Shown one piece after another: positions 8,089-16,643 of a stretch of DNA of 64,000 nucleotides. Where the stretch lies: NCBI GenBank assembly GCA_964504195.1, contig CAZDDI010000003.1, positions 83,380 to 147,379 on the forward strand. The letters run 5' to 3'. Made by a program: the position numbers and the translations under genes. The stretch is from an uncultured Anaerolineales bacterium (lineage in GTDB: Bacteria; Chloroflexota; Anaerolineae; B4-G1; SLSP01). Below the pieces are notes generated by a model. That model searched no databases. It was not told the DNA's origin and was given only the letters and a program-made list of their open reading frames with translations. Position 1 is the first letter of the stretch; each line of letters begins with the position of its first letter.

Positions 8089-11001
8089 ATGCGCTGTTCG
8101 CAATGCGGCCAAGAGTGGCCGGAGACCTACATAGGTTGCCCTGAATGTTTCATCCCCTTTAGCGTCACCGCTTCCGGCGAGCGGGGTATCGCTATTGGCG
8201 GCAACGCTCATAATAACACCTTCAACCTCGGCGATACTTATGTATCGCCCGATGCTCCACCCGAAGAACTGCTCCACGCCTATTACCGCTCACTGGCCGC
8301 AGAGTGCGCGCGGCTGCCGCTGGGCGTGGTGGATCCCAAATTCGCTGCGCCGGGCCGCGAGGGGGAAGTGAGCCTGCACCAGGTCTACGTGGGGCTGGAT
8401 GTGGTCGTCCCCGTGCGCGAGGAAACCGAAGACACCCATGCTTGGGGACTGCGCCTGGCGCGCGGCGAGGGCGAGGGCCGCATGCCGTTGCTTGAAGCTT
8501 TGGCTGCGCCCGCCGCGATGCGCGCTGTGCTCCTGGGCGATGCCGGTTCCGGCAAGACCACCTTCGTCAACTACCTGGTCTACCGGCTGGCTGCTGCCGC
8601 CAGCGCCGGGGATGTTCACGTCGAAGATCTGCCGGCGGCATTCCAGGGCTTGTGGCCCGTACGCCTGCTGCTGCGTGAGGTAGCAACTCACATGCCGGCC
8701 GCGGTCACTTGCGGCACCGCGACCATGTTGTGGGAGGCGCTCCAGGCAGATATAGCCAGCCGGTTGGGGGCGGTGGCGGCGGAACGCCTGCTGCCCTACA
8801 TGCAGGCGCGAGTGTTGCGACGCGGCGGTTTCTTACTGCTGGATGGCCTGGATGAAGTGCCCGAAGCCGGACGGCGGCGCAAGTGCCTGCTGGAAGCGTT
8901 GCAAGCCCTGGCGGATAGCCTGCCCGCCGGTGCGCGGGTGCTGCTCACCGCGCGCCCCTACGCCTACGCTGACCCCGCCTGGCAACTAGGTGATTTCCCC
9001 ATCCTGGCGCTGGCGCCCTTTGATGAAACGCAAGTGGAACGCTTTGTCGCCCGCTGGTATCAGGCAGTGCGCCCGGCGTTGGGGTGGGATGCGGCGGCCG
9101 CCGCGGCGCGGGGTGCGCAGTTGACCCAGGCCTTGCAGGAGCGGACATACCTGGCAGACCTGGCCTCGCGCCCGTTGCTCCTCACCTTGATGGCGACCCT
9201 GCACAGCAGTTGGGGGCAGCTGCCGGAGGATCGCGCTGATCTGTACGAGGAATCGGTCAAATTGCTGCTTTCACGCTGGCAGCGGGGCCGCCTGGTGCGC
9301 GAGGGACAGCAAATAGTGACCGAACCGGGCATCGCGGCGGCGTTGGGTTGGGGGGAAGCCCGCATTCGCGCGGCGTTGGAGAAACTGGCGTTTAACAGCC
9401 ACCAGCGGCAGGGCAGCGAGGCCGAGCGTGAGGATGCCCCCGCCGATATTCCCCAGGCGGCGGTGTTGGCGGCCTTTGCCGGCGTGCCTGAAAACGTCAA
9501 TCCGTGCGTGGTGCTCACCTATCTGGAACAACGCGCCGGGCTGCTCATGGGCCGCCGCGAAGAGGTCTATGTCTTTCCGCATCGCTCCTTTCAGGAATAC
9601 CTGGCGGCGTGTTACCTGAATGCCGACCCGGAATCGGCCGGCCGCTTGCGGAAACTGGTCTATGCCGACCCGGCCTGGTGGCGGGAGGTTTTCCTGCTGG
9701 GGGTGGGCAAGAAACGGCTGGGCAGTCTGGGCGATGCCGTGAATACCGTGAATACCCTCTTGCCGTGCGATGTAGAGAAATGCGCCCCGCCGCAACCGGC
9801 GGATTGGCGCGCGGCGGTGCTGGCCGGCAAAGCCGTGTTGGAATTGCGCTTGCGCGAGCGGGGCGCGGCGCAGGAGCATAGCGCGGTGTTGGTGGAGCGC
9901 GTGCGCGACTGGCTGGCGGCTCTGGTGACGGGTGGGCAGTTGCCGGCCCCAGAACGCGCCGAGGCCGGTGACGTGCTGGGCGCGCTGGGCGACCCGCGTC
10001 CGGGGGTGGGCGTAAGGGCGCACGGCCCGGTGGGGGCGCACGGCCGTGCGCCCTTACCCGATATTGTCTGGTGTGCCGTGCCCGCCGGGTCGTTCCTGAT
10101 GGGAAGTGTGGCGGATGAACCGGAGACCTATCCTGATGAAAAGCCCCAACATGCGGTGGACTTGCCCGCGTTCTATCTCAGCCGGTATTTGGTGACCAAC
10201 GCGCAGTTCCGGCCCTTTGTGGAGGGGGATGGCTACCGCAACCCGGCTTACTGGACGCCGGAAGGTTGGGCCTGGCGGCAGGGCGCGGAACCGGATTTGA
10301 CGCCATTGGAGGGTATGAGCGAAGATTGGCAACGTCAATATCGTGAATGGTTGGCCGGGCGCTCGCTTGAAAAGCGCGGTTGCCCGTTTTATTGGGAGCA
10401 CCCACAATTAAGTGTGCCTAATCGCCCGGTGGTGGGGATTACCTGGTACGAAGCGGCGGCGTATGGCCGGTGGCTGGAGGAACAGTTGCGAGTTACGGGT
10501 TCGGAGTTGCGCGTGTGGCAGGAGAATGAATGCACAATTCGCAACTTGAAACTCGGCACCTTCAACGTGCAACTGCCTAGCGAAGCGGAGTGGGAGAAGG
10601 CGGCGCGGGGTGAAGATGGCCGACGGTATCCCTGGGGCGGGGAGTGGCAGGAAGATTGCGCGAATACGGAAACCACCGAGTTGGGCCAGACCAGCGCCGT
10701 GGGGTTATTCCCGGCGGGGGTTAGTCCTTATGGATGCCTGGATCTGGTGGGCAATATGTGGGAGTGGACGCGGAGTCGTTGGGGGTGCAATGTGTTGCGC
10801 CCGGATTTTGGATATCCGTATACTGCTAATGATGGCCGTGAAGCTGAAAGTAGCGCTGCTGTGCCGGTGCTTCGCGGCGGCTCCTGGCTCAACAGTCAGT
10901 GGAGCGCCCGGTGCGCTTCCCGCAACAGGAACGTACCTGCCAACTTCATTGACGATGTCGGGTTTCGGGTGCTGTTGTCCCTGGGGGATGCTGATTTCTG
11001 A
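8089..11001 (+). CDS. STAND/NACHT-family NTPase with N-terminal zinc ribbon and C-terminal FGE-sulfatase (SUMF1/EgtB-like) domain
   Basis: The domains in order are:
- Zn ribbon: CSQCG...CPEC.
- Walker A: GDAGSGKTT.
- Walker B: LLLDGLDEV.
- NACHT winged-helix motif: FPHRSFQEYLAACYL.
- C-terminal FGE motifs: YLVTNAQF, GITWYEAAAY, LPSEAEWEKAARG, YPWGG, GNMWEWT, RGGSW, VGFRV.
A strong AAAGGAGG RBS precedes the ATG at 8089. Confidence 0.8.
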   Translation: MRCSQCGQEWPETYIGCPECFIPFSVTASGERGIAIGGNAHNNTFNLGDTYVSPDAPPEELLHAYYRSLAAECARLPLGVVDPKFAAPGREGEVSLHQVYVGLDVVVPVREETEDTHAWGLRLARGEGEGRMPLLEALAAPAAMRAVLLGDAGSGKTTFVNYLVYRLAAAASAGDVHVEDLPAAFQGLWPVRLLLREVATHMPAAVTCGTATMLWEALQADIASRLGAVAAERLLPYMQARVLRRGGFLLLDGLDEVPEAGRRRKCLLEALQALADSLPAGARVLLTARPYAYADPAWQLGDFPILALAPFDETQVERFVARWYQAVRPALGWDAAAAAARGAQLTQALQERTYLADLASRPLLLTLMATLHSSWGQLPEDRADLYEESVKLLLSRWQRGRLVREGQQIVTEPGIAAALGWGEARIRAALEKLAFNSHQRQGSEAEREDAPADIPQAAVLAAFAGVPENVNPCVVLTYLEQRAGLLMGRREEVYVFPHRSFQEYLAACYLNADPESAGRLRKLVYADPAWWREVFLLGVGKKRLGSLGDAVNTVNTLLPCDVEKCAPPQPADWRAAVLAGKAVLELRLRERGAAQEHSAVLVERVRDWLAALVTGGQLPAPERAEAGDVLGALGDPRPGVGVRAHGPVGAHGRAPLPDIVWCAVPAGSFLMGSVADEPETYPDEKPQHAVDLPAFYLSRYLVTNAQFRPFVEGDGYRNPAYWTPEGWAWRQGAEPDLTPLEGMSEDWQRQYREWLAGRSLEKRGCPFYWEHPQLSVPNRPVVGITWYEAAAYGRWLEEQLRVTGSELRVWQENECTIRNLKLGTFNVQLPSEAEWEKAARGEDGRRYPWGGEWQEDCANTETTELGQTSAVGLFPAGVSPYGCLDLVGNMWEWTRSRWGCNVLRPDFGYPYTANDGREAESSAAVPVLRGGSWLNSQWSARCASRNRNVPANFIDDVGFRVLLSLGDADF

Positions 11002-11170
11002 TTTCTGGTTGCTGTGATTTCTGGATCTCTGAATCCTGGGGGGATTCCAAAGGGGGCGCGCCCCCTTTGGCCGCCGCGTAGCGGCGGAGCTCGCGGCAAT
11101 TGTGCTGGTTGCTGGAAGCTGGCTGCTTGAAACTTGAGGCTTGCTGCTTGTGACTTGCCGCTTTCTCGCC
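10996..11170. repeat. Two period-7 degenerate tandem arrays (TGATTTC units; GCTKGNN units) in the NACHT-partner intergenic region
   Basis: The first array is TGATTTC TGATTTC TGGTTGC TGTGATTTC. The second is GCTGGTT GCTGGAA GCTGGCT GCTTGAA ACTTGAG GCTTGCT GCTTGTG ACTTGCC GCTTTCT. Confidence 0.6.
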
Positions 11171-11193
11171 TAATCATTTTACGGAGGCTACTT

Positions 11194-11916
11194 ATGAAAA
11201 CTCAAGAACAGGAAATCGTGACGGTATTGGCGGAGCTCGTCCCGGATGGGGGAACGGCGCTGGCGCGGCGGGTGGGGCCGCAGGCGTTGGCCCACGCCCA
11301 GGCCATTCAGGGCGAAATCGTGCCCTGGCTGGAGGCCAATGAGTTGACGGCGCGGGCCTGGCAAGCCTTTCAACAATCGCCTCAGGCGCAGAAGCCAAAG
11401 TTGCTCACCGTTGTGCAACTCATTCTGGACGATGATGTGGATCTGGCGGCGCGGCTGGACGCGCTGTTGCGGGCCTATCAGCAGGCGCAGCCCGCCGGCA
11501 AGCAGGAGACGCGCACCGTGACCGCTTCCGGCGAGCGCAGCGTCGCCATCGGCGGGAATGCCCGCGGCAACACCTTCAATACAGGCGACCAGATCCAGAC
11601 CCTCCAACCCGGCCTGGATGCGGATGCTGTGACCCGGCTCTTCGCGCAGGCGTTGGACTTGGCCCGGCAACAGCCCGTGGAACTCCGCGAAGACGTGGCG
11701 GCAGCCGTGGAAACGGCGCAAGAAGAGGTTGCGGCTGGGCCAGATGCCGACAAAGCTTTGCTGAATAAGATGCTCGACGTGTTGCTTGATAAGGCCCCAG
11801 ACGTGCTGGAACTGGTCGTTGAGGCCATCCTCAACCCGGCTGCCGCAGTGGGCAAGGGCGCCAAACTGCTGGCGAAACAAGCGCGCGAGAGCTTGCAAAA
11901 GCAACGCTCCGCGTAA
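11194..11916 (+). CDS. Hypothetical alpha-helical protein sharing a 23-aa motif with the upstream NACHT protein
   Basis: The start is MKTQEQEIV after an ACGGAGG RBS. Its internal VTASGERSVAIGGNARGNTFNTGD motif matches VTASGERGIAIGGNAHNNTFNLGD in the NACHT protein. The DNA is also conserved (17/17 nt, ACCGCTTCCGGCGAGCG). The rest of the protein is predicted helical and Ala/Leu/Gln-rich. Confidence 0.6.
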   Translation: MKTQEQEIVTVLAELVPDGGTALARRVGPQALAHAQAIQGEIVPWLEANELTARAWQAFQQSPQAQKPKLLTVVQLILDDDVDLAARLDALLRAYQQAQPAGKQETRTVTASGERSVAIGGNARGNTFNTGDQIQTLQPGLDADAVTRLFAQALDLARQQPVELREDVAAAVETAQEEVAAGPDADKALLNKMLDVLLDKAPDVLELVVEAILNPAAAVGKGAKLLAKQARESLQKQRSA

Positions 11917-12139
11917 GGCTTACTGTATTGGTGCGTGTGCAGGAAAAACTCGTGTCTGAAGCAAAGGGGAGTCCACGGAAAAACCGCCAGCCGCTCACGT
12001 TCAGATGCACAATGCTAAGAAATTTCTGCTTCTAACGGATTCTCTTGAATATCAAAGATGCTGAATGAAGCGGATATTTGTTACTTGTTCACAATTGCAC
12101 CTGTGTTATACTCACGTTACAATTTAATAAGACTGTGCA

Positions 12140-12300
12140 TTTCCGAGTCTCTCTACCTACCGGCCAGTAGCCCAGGGGAGCGAGACCATTGGGTGTAGCG
12201 GGAAACGGCTACGCCTCCCGTATTTGAAAAGGAAGTGCGCCGCAGTGCCATAATACCTTTCCCCTAGGCAACAGCTTCATTGCTTGGGGGCAGGTAGTTA
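12140..12300 (+). ncRNA. Structured 5' leader / riboswitch candidate (possibly cobalamin-type) upstream of the BtuF/FecB-like ABC importer
   Basis: It shows nested helices: CTACCTACC...GGCAGGTAG, GTAGCC...GGCTAC, and a GGGAAAC-loop hairpin. The blocks AAGGAAGUGCG and CAGUGCCAU resemble the E. coli btuB leader. An intrinsic terminator follows just before the RBS. Confidence 0.35.
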
Positions 12301-12310
12301 TGTGTGTATT

Positions 12311-12341
12311 ACGGCGTCCTTTTCAGGACGCCGTTTTTTGT
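12311..12341 (+). terminator. Intrinsic terminator (expression-platform candidate) ACGGCGTCC-TTTTCA-GGACGCCGT + T6
   Basis: This is a perfect 9-bp stem followed by TTTTTT, about 95 nt upstream of the SBP start codon. Confidence 0.55.
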
Positions 12342-12436
12342 TGTCACCTGTCTGCATCTGCAATCGCGCGCGAAGGTTTACGCTGGTGAGTGGATGTGGA
12401 TACTGATCTCAAATCTATAGACGGAGGAAATAAGAG

Positions 12437-13990
12437 ATGTCGAAAATATGGAAACAACTGTGGATAGGGCTGTTATTGGTGGTGATATTGGCGAGCTGTG
12501 CGCCCACGCCGACCACGGCGCCGCCCGAACCCTCACCTGCCACGCTCAGCCCGGCGACCCCAGAGACGCCCGCTGCAACTTTGCAAGTAAGTGGCGCGAT
12601 GGCCTCAGAACGCGCCTTTACGACGGAAGACCTCACGGCGCTGGGACTGCAAGAGTCCTTGTATACCAACCGTGATGGAGAATCTACGACCTATACGGGC
12701 GTCTCCATAGCTCTCTTGCTAAACACTGTGACGCCAGCCGCCGACGCTACCACCCTGGTCTTAGTGGCTAGTGATGGTTATGAGGCGCAAGTCCCGCTCG
12801 CTGATGCACTGGTCTGTGCGGAGTGCATTGTGGCATTTGAAGCGGATGGTAGCTTCCGCGCCGTATTGCCGGACTTCCCCGGTAATGTCCAGGTGCGCGA
12901 TTTGGTCGCGCTCCAGGTGCTGAGCGCTGCCGAAGCTCAACCCGAACCGCCCCCCACTTCCGAGGACACCATTCCCAATGATGGGCCGGTGACGATTACC
13001 GATGCTGCCGGGCGCACCGTGAGTCTGGAACAACTCCCGCGGCGCATTGTGGTCGTCGGGCGCGGCCCGTTTATGGCCCTCCATCTACTCTACATGTTCC
13101 CTGAAGGCCGTACCCGGTTGGTCGGGGCAGAAAGTCGCAGCGCCACCCCTAGCGATTTTCTACCTTACGTCCAACCGGATTTTCTGGAGCGCATCGTGGG
13201 CATGGCCGCCAATCCCAACGCGGAACAGATTGCTACGCTTGAGCCAGATTTGGTGATAATCAAGAGTGTCGCATTGGAGCAAATAGGCGAGTCCCTGGCG
13301 CAGGTCAACATTCCGGTCGTGTACCTGGGGCTGGAAACACCGGAGCAATTCTTCCAGGATGTGACCAATCTGGGGGCGTTGTTGGGCAATCCCACCCGCG
13401 CGCAGGGGATCATCGCTTTCTATCAAGCGCGCCTGGAGCGCATCGAAGCCGGCGTCGCGGATATTCCTGAGAACGAACGCCCGCGCGTGTTGCTGTTGGA
13501 GCATTCTGACCGGAGCGGGGAAGTTGCAGGCCGGGTGCCTCCGTTGGTGTGGATGCAGACCATTCAAGTCGAGGCCGCCGGCGGCGTCCCGGTGTGGCGC
13601 GAGGCTGTGCAAGTGACGGATGGCTGGACGGTGGTGAATTTCGAACAGATTGCCGCCTGGGATCCGGATAAAATTTTCATGGTGATCTCATACCAGCTCG
13701 ATCCCCAAGAGGTGATAGATGGTTTCAAAGCGGATCCGCAATGGCGTGCTCTGAGCGCGGTGCAAAATGAAGAGCTATACGCCTTCCCCGGAGACATCTT
13801 CGGCTGGGACACCCCCGAAGCCCGGTGGTTGCTCGGCGTGAACTGGTTAGCCACCCGTCTGCACCCCGAGGTTTTTGCGGATTTAGACCTCGAAACGGAG
13901 ATTTACACCTTTTTTGGCGAACTCTATGACATGGAACGGGATGTGATAGATTCTGCTATCTTGTCCCAAGTGTATCTGGATGTCCATTAG
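12437..13990 (+). CDS. ABC transporter periplasmic substrate-binding lipoprotein, FecB/BtuF (class III SBP) family, with extra N-terminal domain
   Basis: It has a signal peptide plus lipobox (LLLVVILASCAP). The C-terminal half (RIVVVGRGPFM...EPDLVIIKS...) matches iron-siderophore/cobalamin binding proteins. The roughly 200-aa N-terminal domain is of unknown function. Confidence 0.7.
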   Translation: MSKIWKQLWIGLLLVVILASCAPTPTTAPPEPSPATLSPATPETPAATLQVSGAMASERAFTTEDLTALGLQESLYTNRDGESTTYTGVSIALLLNTVTPAADATTLVLVASDGYEAQVPLADALVCAECIVAFEADGSFRAVLPDFPGNVQVRDLVALQVLSAAEAQPEPPPTSEDTIPNDGPVTITDAAGRTVSLEQLPRRIVVVGRGPFMALHLLYMFPEGRTRLVGAESRSATPSDFLPYVQPDFLERIVGMAANPNAEQIATLEPDLVIIKSVALEQIGESLAQVNIPVVYLGLETPEQFFQDVTNLGALLGNPTRAQGIIAFYQARLERIEAGVADIPENERPRVLLLEHSDRSGEVAGRVPPLVWMQTIQVEAAGGVPVWREAVQVTDGWTVVNFEQIAAWDPDKIFMVISYQLDPQEVIDGFKADPQWRALSAVQNEELYAFPGDIFGWDTPEARWLLGVNWLATRLHPEVFADLDLETEIYTFFGELYDMERDVIDSAILSQVYLDVH

Positions 13991-15005
13991 GGCGCAAGCA
14001 GCCGCCGCGCGTTCCCGGCGTTTCCGGCGGCAATTATGGAGTCTGGCAGGGTTGCTATTGCTGACCATTTTGCTCTCGCTGCTTCTGGGCCGCTATCCCG
14101 GCCCATACTTTACGCCCCTGGCGACCTTGCGCGAGAATGCGTTAGCACGCACCGTGGTGCTGAACTTGCGCCTCCCGCGCATTTTGGCCGCCGTTTTTCT
14201 GGGAGCGACGCTGGCCGCTGCCGGCACGACCTTTCAGCTCATCTTCCGCAATCCGCTGGTGGATGCTGGCTTTTTAGGGGTTTCACAAGGCGCGGCCTTT
14301 GGCGCTTCCCTGGCGATTGTTTTTCTGGGCGGCACGGCTGCGGCGGTGCAGGGGAGCGCGGCAGCCTTTGCTTTTGTGGGGCTTGCCGCTAGCTACCTGA
14401 TGGCGCAGCGCTTGCGCTTGGGAGATTGGGTGCTCCGTTTGGTCATGGCGGGAATTGGAGTCTCCGCCTTCTATGCTGCCGGCACCGGGGTGATCAAATA
14501 TCTGGCCGATCCCTTAAAGCAACTGCCAGACATCACCTTTTGGTTGTTGGGCGGCTTGTGGGCTATCACCTGGCGCGATATCCTGCATATCTTGCCCGTC
14601 GTGGCGCCGGCGCTCATCATCATCTACTTGATGCGCTGGCGGCTGAATTTACTCGCGCTTCAGGATACTACGGCTTTTGCGTTAGGGGCAGTGCCGGGGC
14701 GGGAACGGCTGGTCATGCTGATAGCCGCGACGGCTGCGACCGCCGCGGTGGTCTCCAAAGCCGGGCAAATCGGTTGGGTGGGCCTGATTGTACCCCATAT
14801 CGCCCGCCGGGTGCTCGGCGCGGATGCGCAATTGACCGTACCTGGCGGGATGTTCATCGGCGCGTTGTTTGTGCTGGGTTGTGATAATCTGGCGCGCACG
14901 GTGCTCTCCGGTGAAATCCCGTTGGGCATCCTCACCTCACTCATTGGCGCATTGGTTTTCTTTAGCTTGCTGTTGCGCAATGACCTGGAGCTGAAAAAAC
15001 GATGA
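13980..15005 (+). CDS. ABC transporter permease, FecCD/BtuC family
   Basis: About 9 TM helices with a typical FecCD fold. It overlaps the upstream SBP gene. Confidence 0.8.
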   Translation: MSIRAQAAAARSRRFRRQLWSLAGLLLLTILLSLLLGRYPGPYFTPLATLRENALARTVVLNLRLPRILAAVFLGATLAAAGTTFQLIFRNPLVDAGFLGVSQGAAFGASLAIVFLGGTAAAVQGSAAAFAFVGLAASYLMAQRLRLGDWVLRLVMAGIGVSAFYAAGTGVIKYLADPLKQLPDITFWLLGGLWAITWRDILHILPVVAPALIIIYLMRWRLNLLALQDTTAFALGAVPGRERLVMLIAATAATAAVVSKAGQIGWVGLIVPHIARRVLGADAQLTVPGGMFIGALFVLGCDNLARTVLSGEIPLGILTSLIGALVFFSLLLRNDLELKKR

Positions 15006-15778
15006 CCCCCGCAGTATCACTCACAGACCTGGCTTTTCGCTATACTCCGACCGCGCCCGATGTGGTGCAAAACATCACCCTGGACTTGCCCTCACGCGCA
15101 GTGACAGCAATTTTAGGCCCTAATGGTTCAGGAAAAACCACGTTGCTGCATCTCATCTTGGGGCTGCTCACGCCACAGCAGGGGCGCATCGCGTTGAATG
15201 GTACACAGCACACCGGCTACGCGCGTCGGGAGGTCAGTCATATTCTGGGATTGGTACCCCAAGAAGAACCGCCAGCGTTCAACTTGAATGTGCTGGAAAC
15301 GGTGCTGTTAGGCCGCGCCCCCTATCTCAAACTGCTCCAGCGGCCCAGCGAACGTGATTACACGACCGCTTTTCGCTCATTAGAGCAGGTCGGCATCGCG
15401 GATTTATGGGCGCGCCCGGTGCCCGCGTTGAGCGGCGGCGAACGACAGTTAGCCGTGTTAGCCCGCGCCTTGACGCAAGAACCGGACATTCTGTTGTTGG
15501 ATGAACCGACTTCACATCTGGACGTGAACAACGCGCGCCAGATTTTAAGCCTCATGCGTGACTTACGAACGCAAGGCAAAACCATTGTCTTTACCACACA
15601 TGATCCTAATGCGGCTGCCGCTACGGCGGATTATGTGGTGCTGATGCGTCAGGGCCGGGTGTTGTATGCCGGCACCGCCCACGAAACTTTGACCGGAGAA
15701 CATCTGAGCGCCACCTATGATGTGCCCATTGAAGTGGTGCGCGATCATCTGGGCCGTTTATTGGTGGTAGTCTATTAA
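15002..15778 (+). CDS. ABC transporter ATP-binding protein (FecE/BtuD-like)
   Basis: Walker A GPNGSGKTTLL, signature LSGGERQ, and Walker B LLLDEPTSHLD. There is a 4-nt overlap with the permease. Confidence 0.85.
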   Translation: MTPAVSLTDLAFRYTPTAPDVVQNITLDLPSRAVTAILGPNGSGKTTLLHLILGLLTPQQGRIALNGTQHTGYARREVSHILGLVPQEEPPAFNLNVLETVLLGRAPYLKLLQRPSERDYTTAFRSLEQVGIADLWARPVPALSGGERQLAVLARALTQEPDILLLDEPTSHLDVNNARQILSLMRDLRTQGKTIVFTTHDPNAAAATADYVVLMRQGRVLYAGTAHETLTGEHLSATYDVPIEVVRDHLGRLLVVVY

Positions 15779-15791
15779 GAGGAGCCTGATT

Positions 15792-16643
15792 GTGGAATCT
15801 ATACCTGATTGGTTGACCTTATGGCGAGAATTAGCCGAAGCCCATGCCCACAACTATCCGCAAGCCAGCGGCGCTGCTGCGCCCGATGCCTGGGCTACCC
15901 GGGCGCGCAGCTATCACGAATCCGTCCAACAGCGGTGGGCGCAACCGGATTCCAGCCGCGATTTTCTTGCGGCTGATTTACGACAGCATCCCCACAACAC
16001 GGTCGTAGATATTGGCGCTGGCACCGGCGCGTGGGCGATTTTCCTGGCCCGGCACGCGCGCCAGGTGACGGCGGTGGATCCTTCCCCCGCGATGCTGGAA
16101 ATACTGCGGGAGAATGTCGCGGCCAGCGGTTTGACCAACATCACCATCACCGAAGGCGGCTGGCCCACCGTGACCGTGCCGCAGCATGATGTGACCTTCT
16201 GTTCCCATGCGCTCTACAGCATTGCAGATTTCACGGCGCTTGTGCGCAAGATGGAGGCGACCGCGCGCCGGCGCTGCTATCTCCTGTTGCGCGTCTTCCT
16301 CCCCCACAGCATCATGGCGCAAGCCTCGCAACGTATTTGGGGTCAGCCTTACGATAGCCCCAACTTCCAGATCGCTTACAATGCTCTGTTGCAACTGGGC
16401 ATCTTTGCTAATGTTCTGTTAGAAGACAGTGGTCTGTGGCAACCGTGGACCAATGCGAATCTCGATGAAGCCTTTGCCGAAGTCAAACGCCGGTTTGGTT
16501 TGGAGCAAGATACCACCCACGATCAATTCTTACGCGAATTGCTGCGCCAACATTTGACCGAAGTAGCTGGTCGGGTAGTATGGCCGCGCGGCACCCGCTC
16601 GGCCCTGGTGTATTGGGATCTGGGCAAGCCGCGTTGTGAATAG
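15792..16643 (+). CDS. Class I SAM-dependent methyltransferase
   Basis: VVDIGAGTGAWAIFLA is SAM-binding motif I. It is the last gene of the ABC transporter operon. Confidence 0.65.
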   Translation: MESIPDWLTLWRELAEAHAHNYPQASGAAAPDAWATRARSYHESVQQRWAQPDSSRDFLAADLRQHPHNTVVDIGAGTGAWAIFLARHARQVTAVDPSPAMLEILRENVAASGLTNITITEGGWPTVTVPQHDVTFCSHALYSIADFTALVRKMEATARRRCYLLLRVFLPHSIMAQASQRIWGQPYDSPNFQIAYNALLQLGIFANVLLEDSGLWQPWTNANLDEAFAEVKRRFGLEQDTTHDQFLRELLRQHLTEVAGRVVWPRGTRSALVYWDLGKPRCE

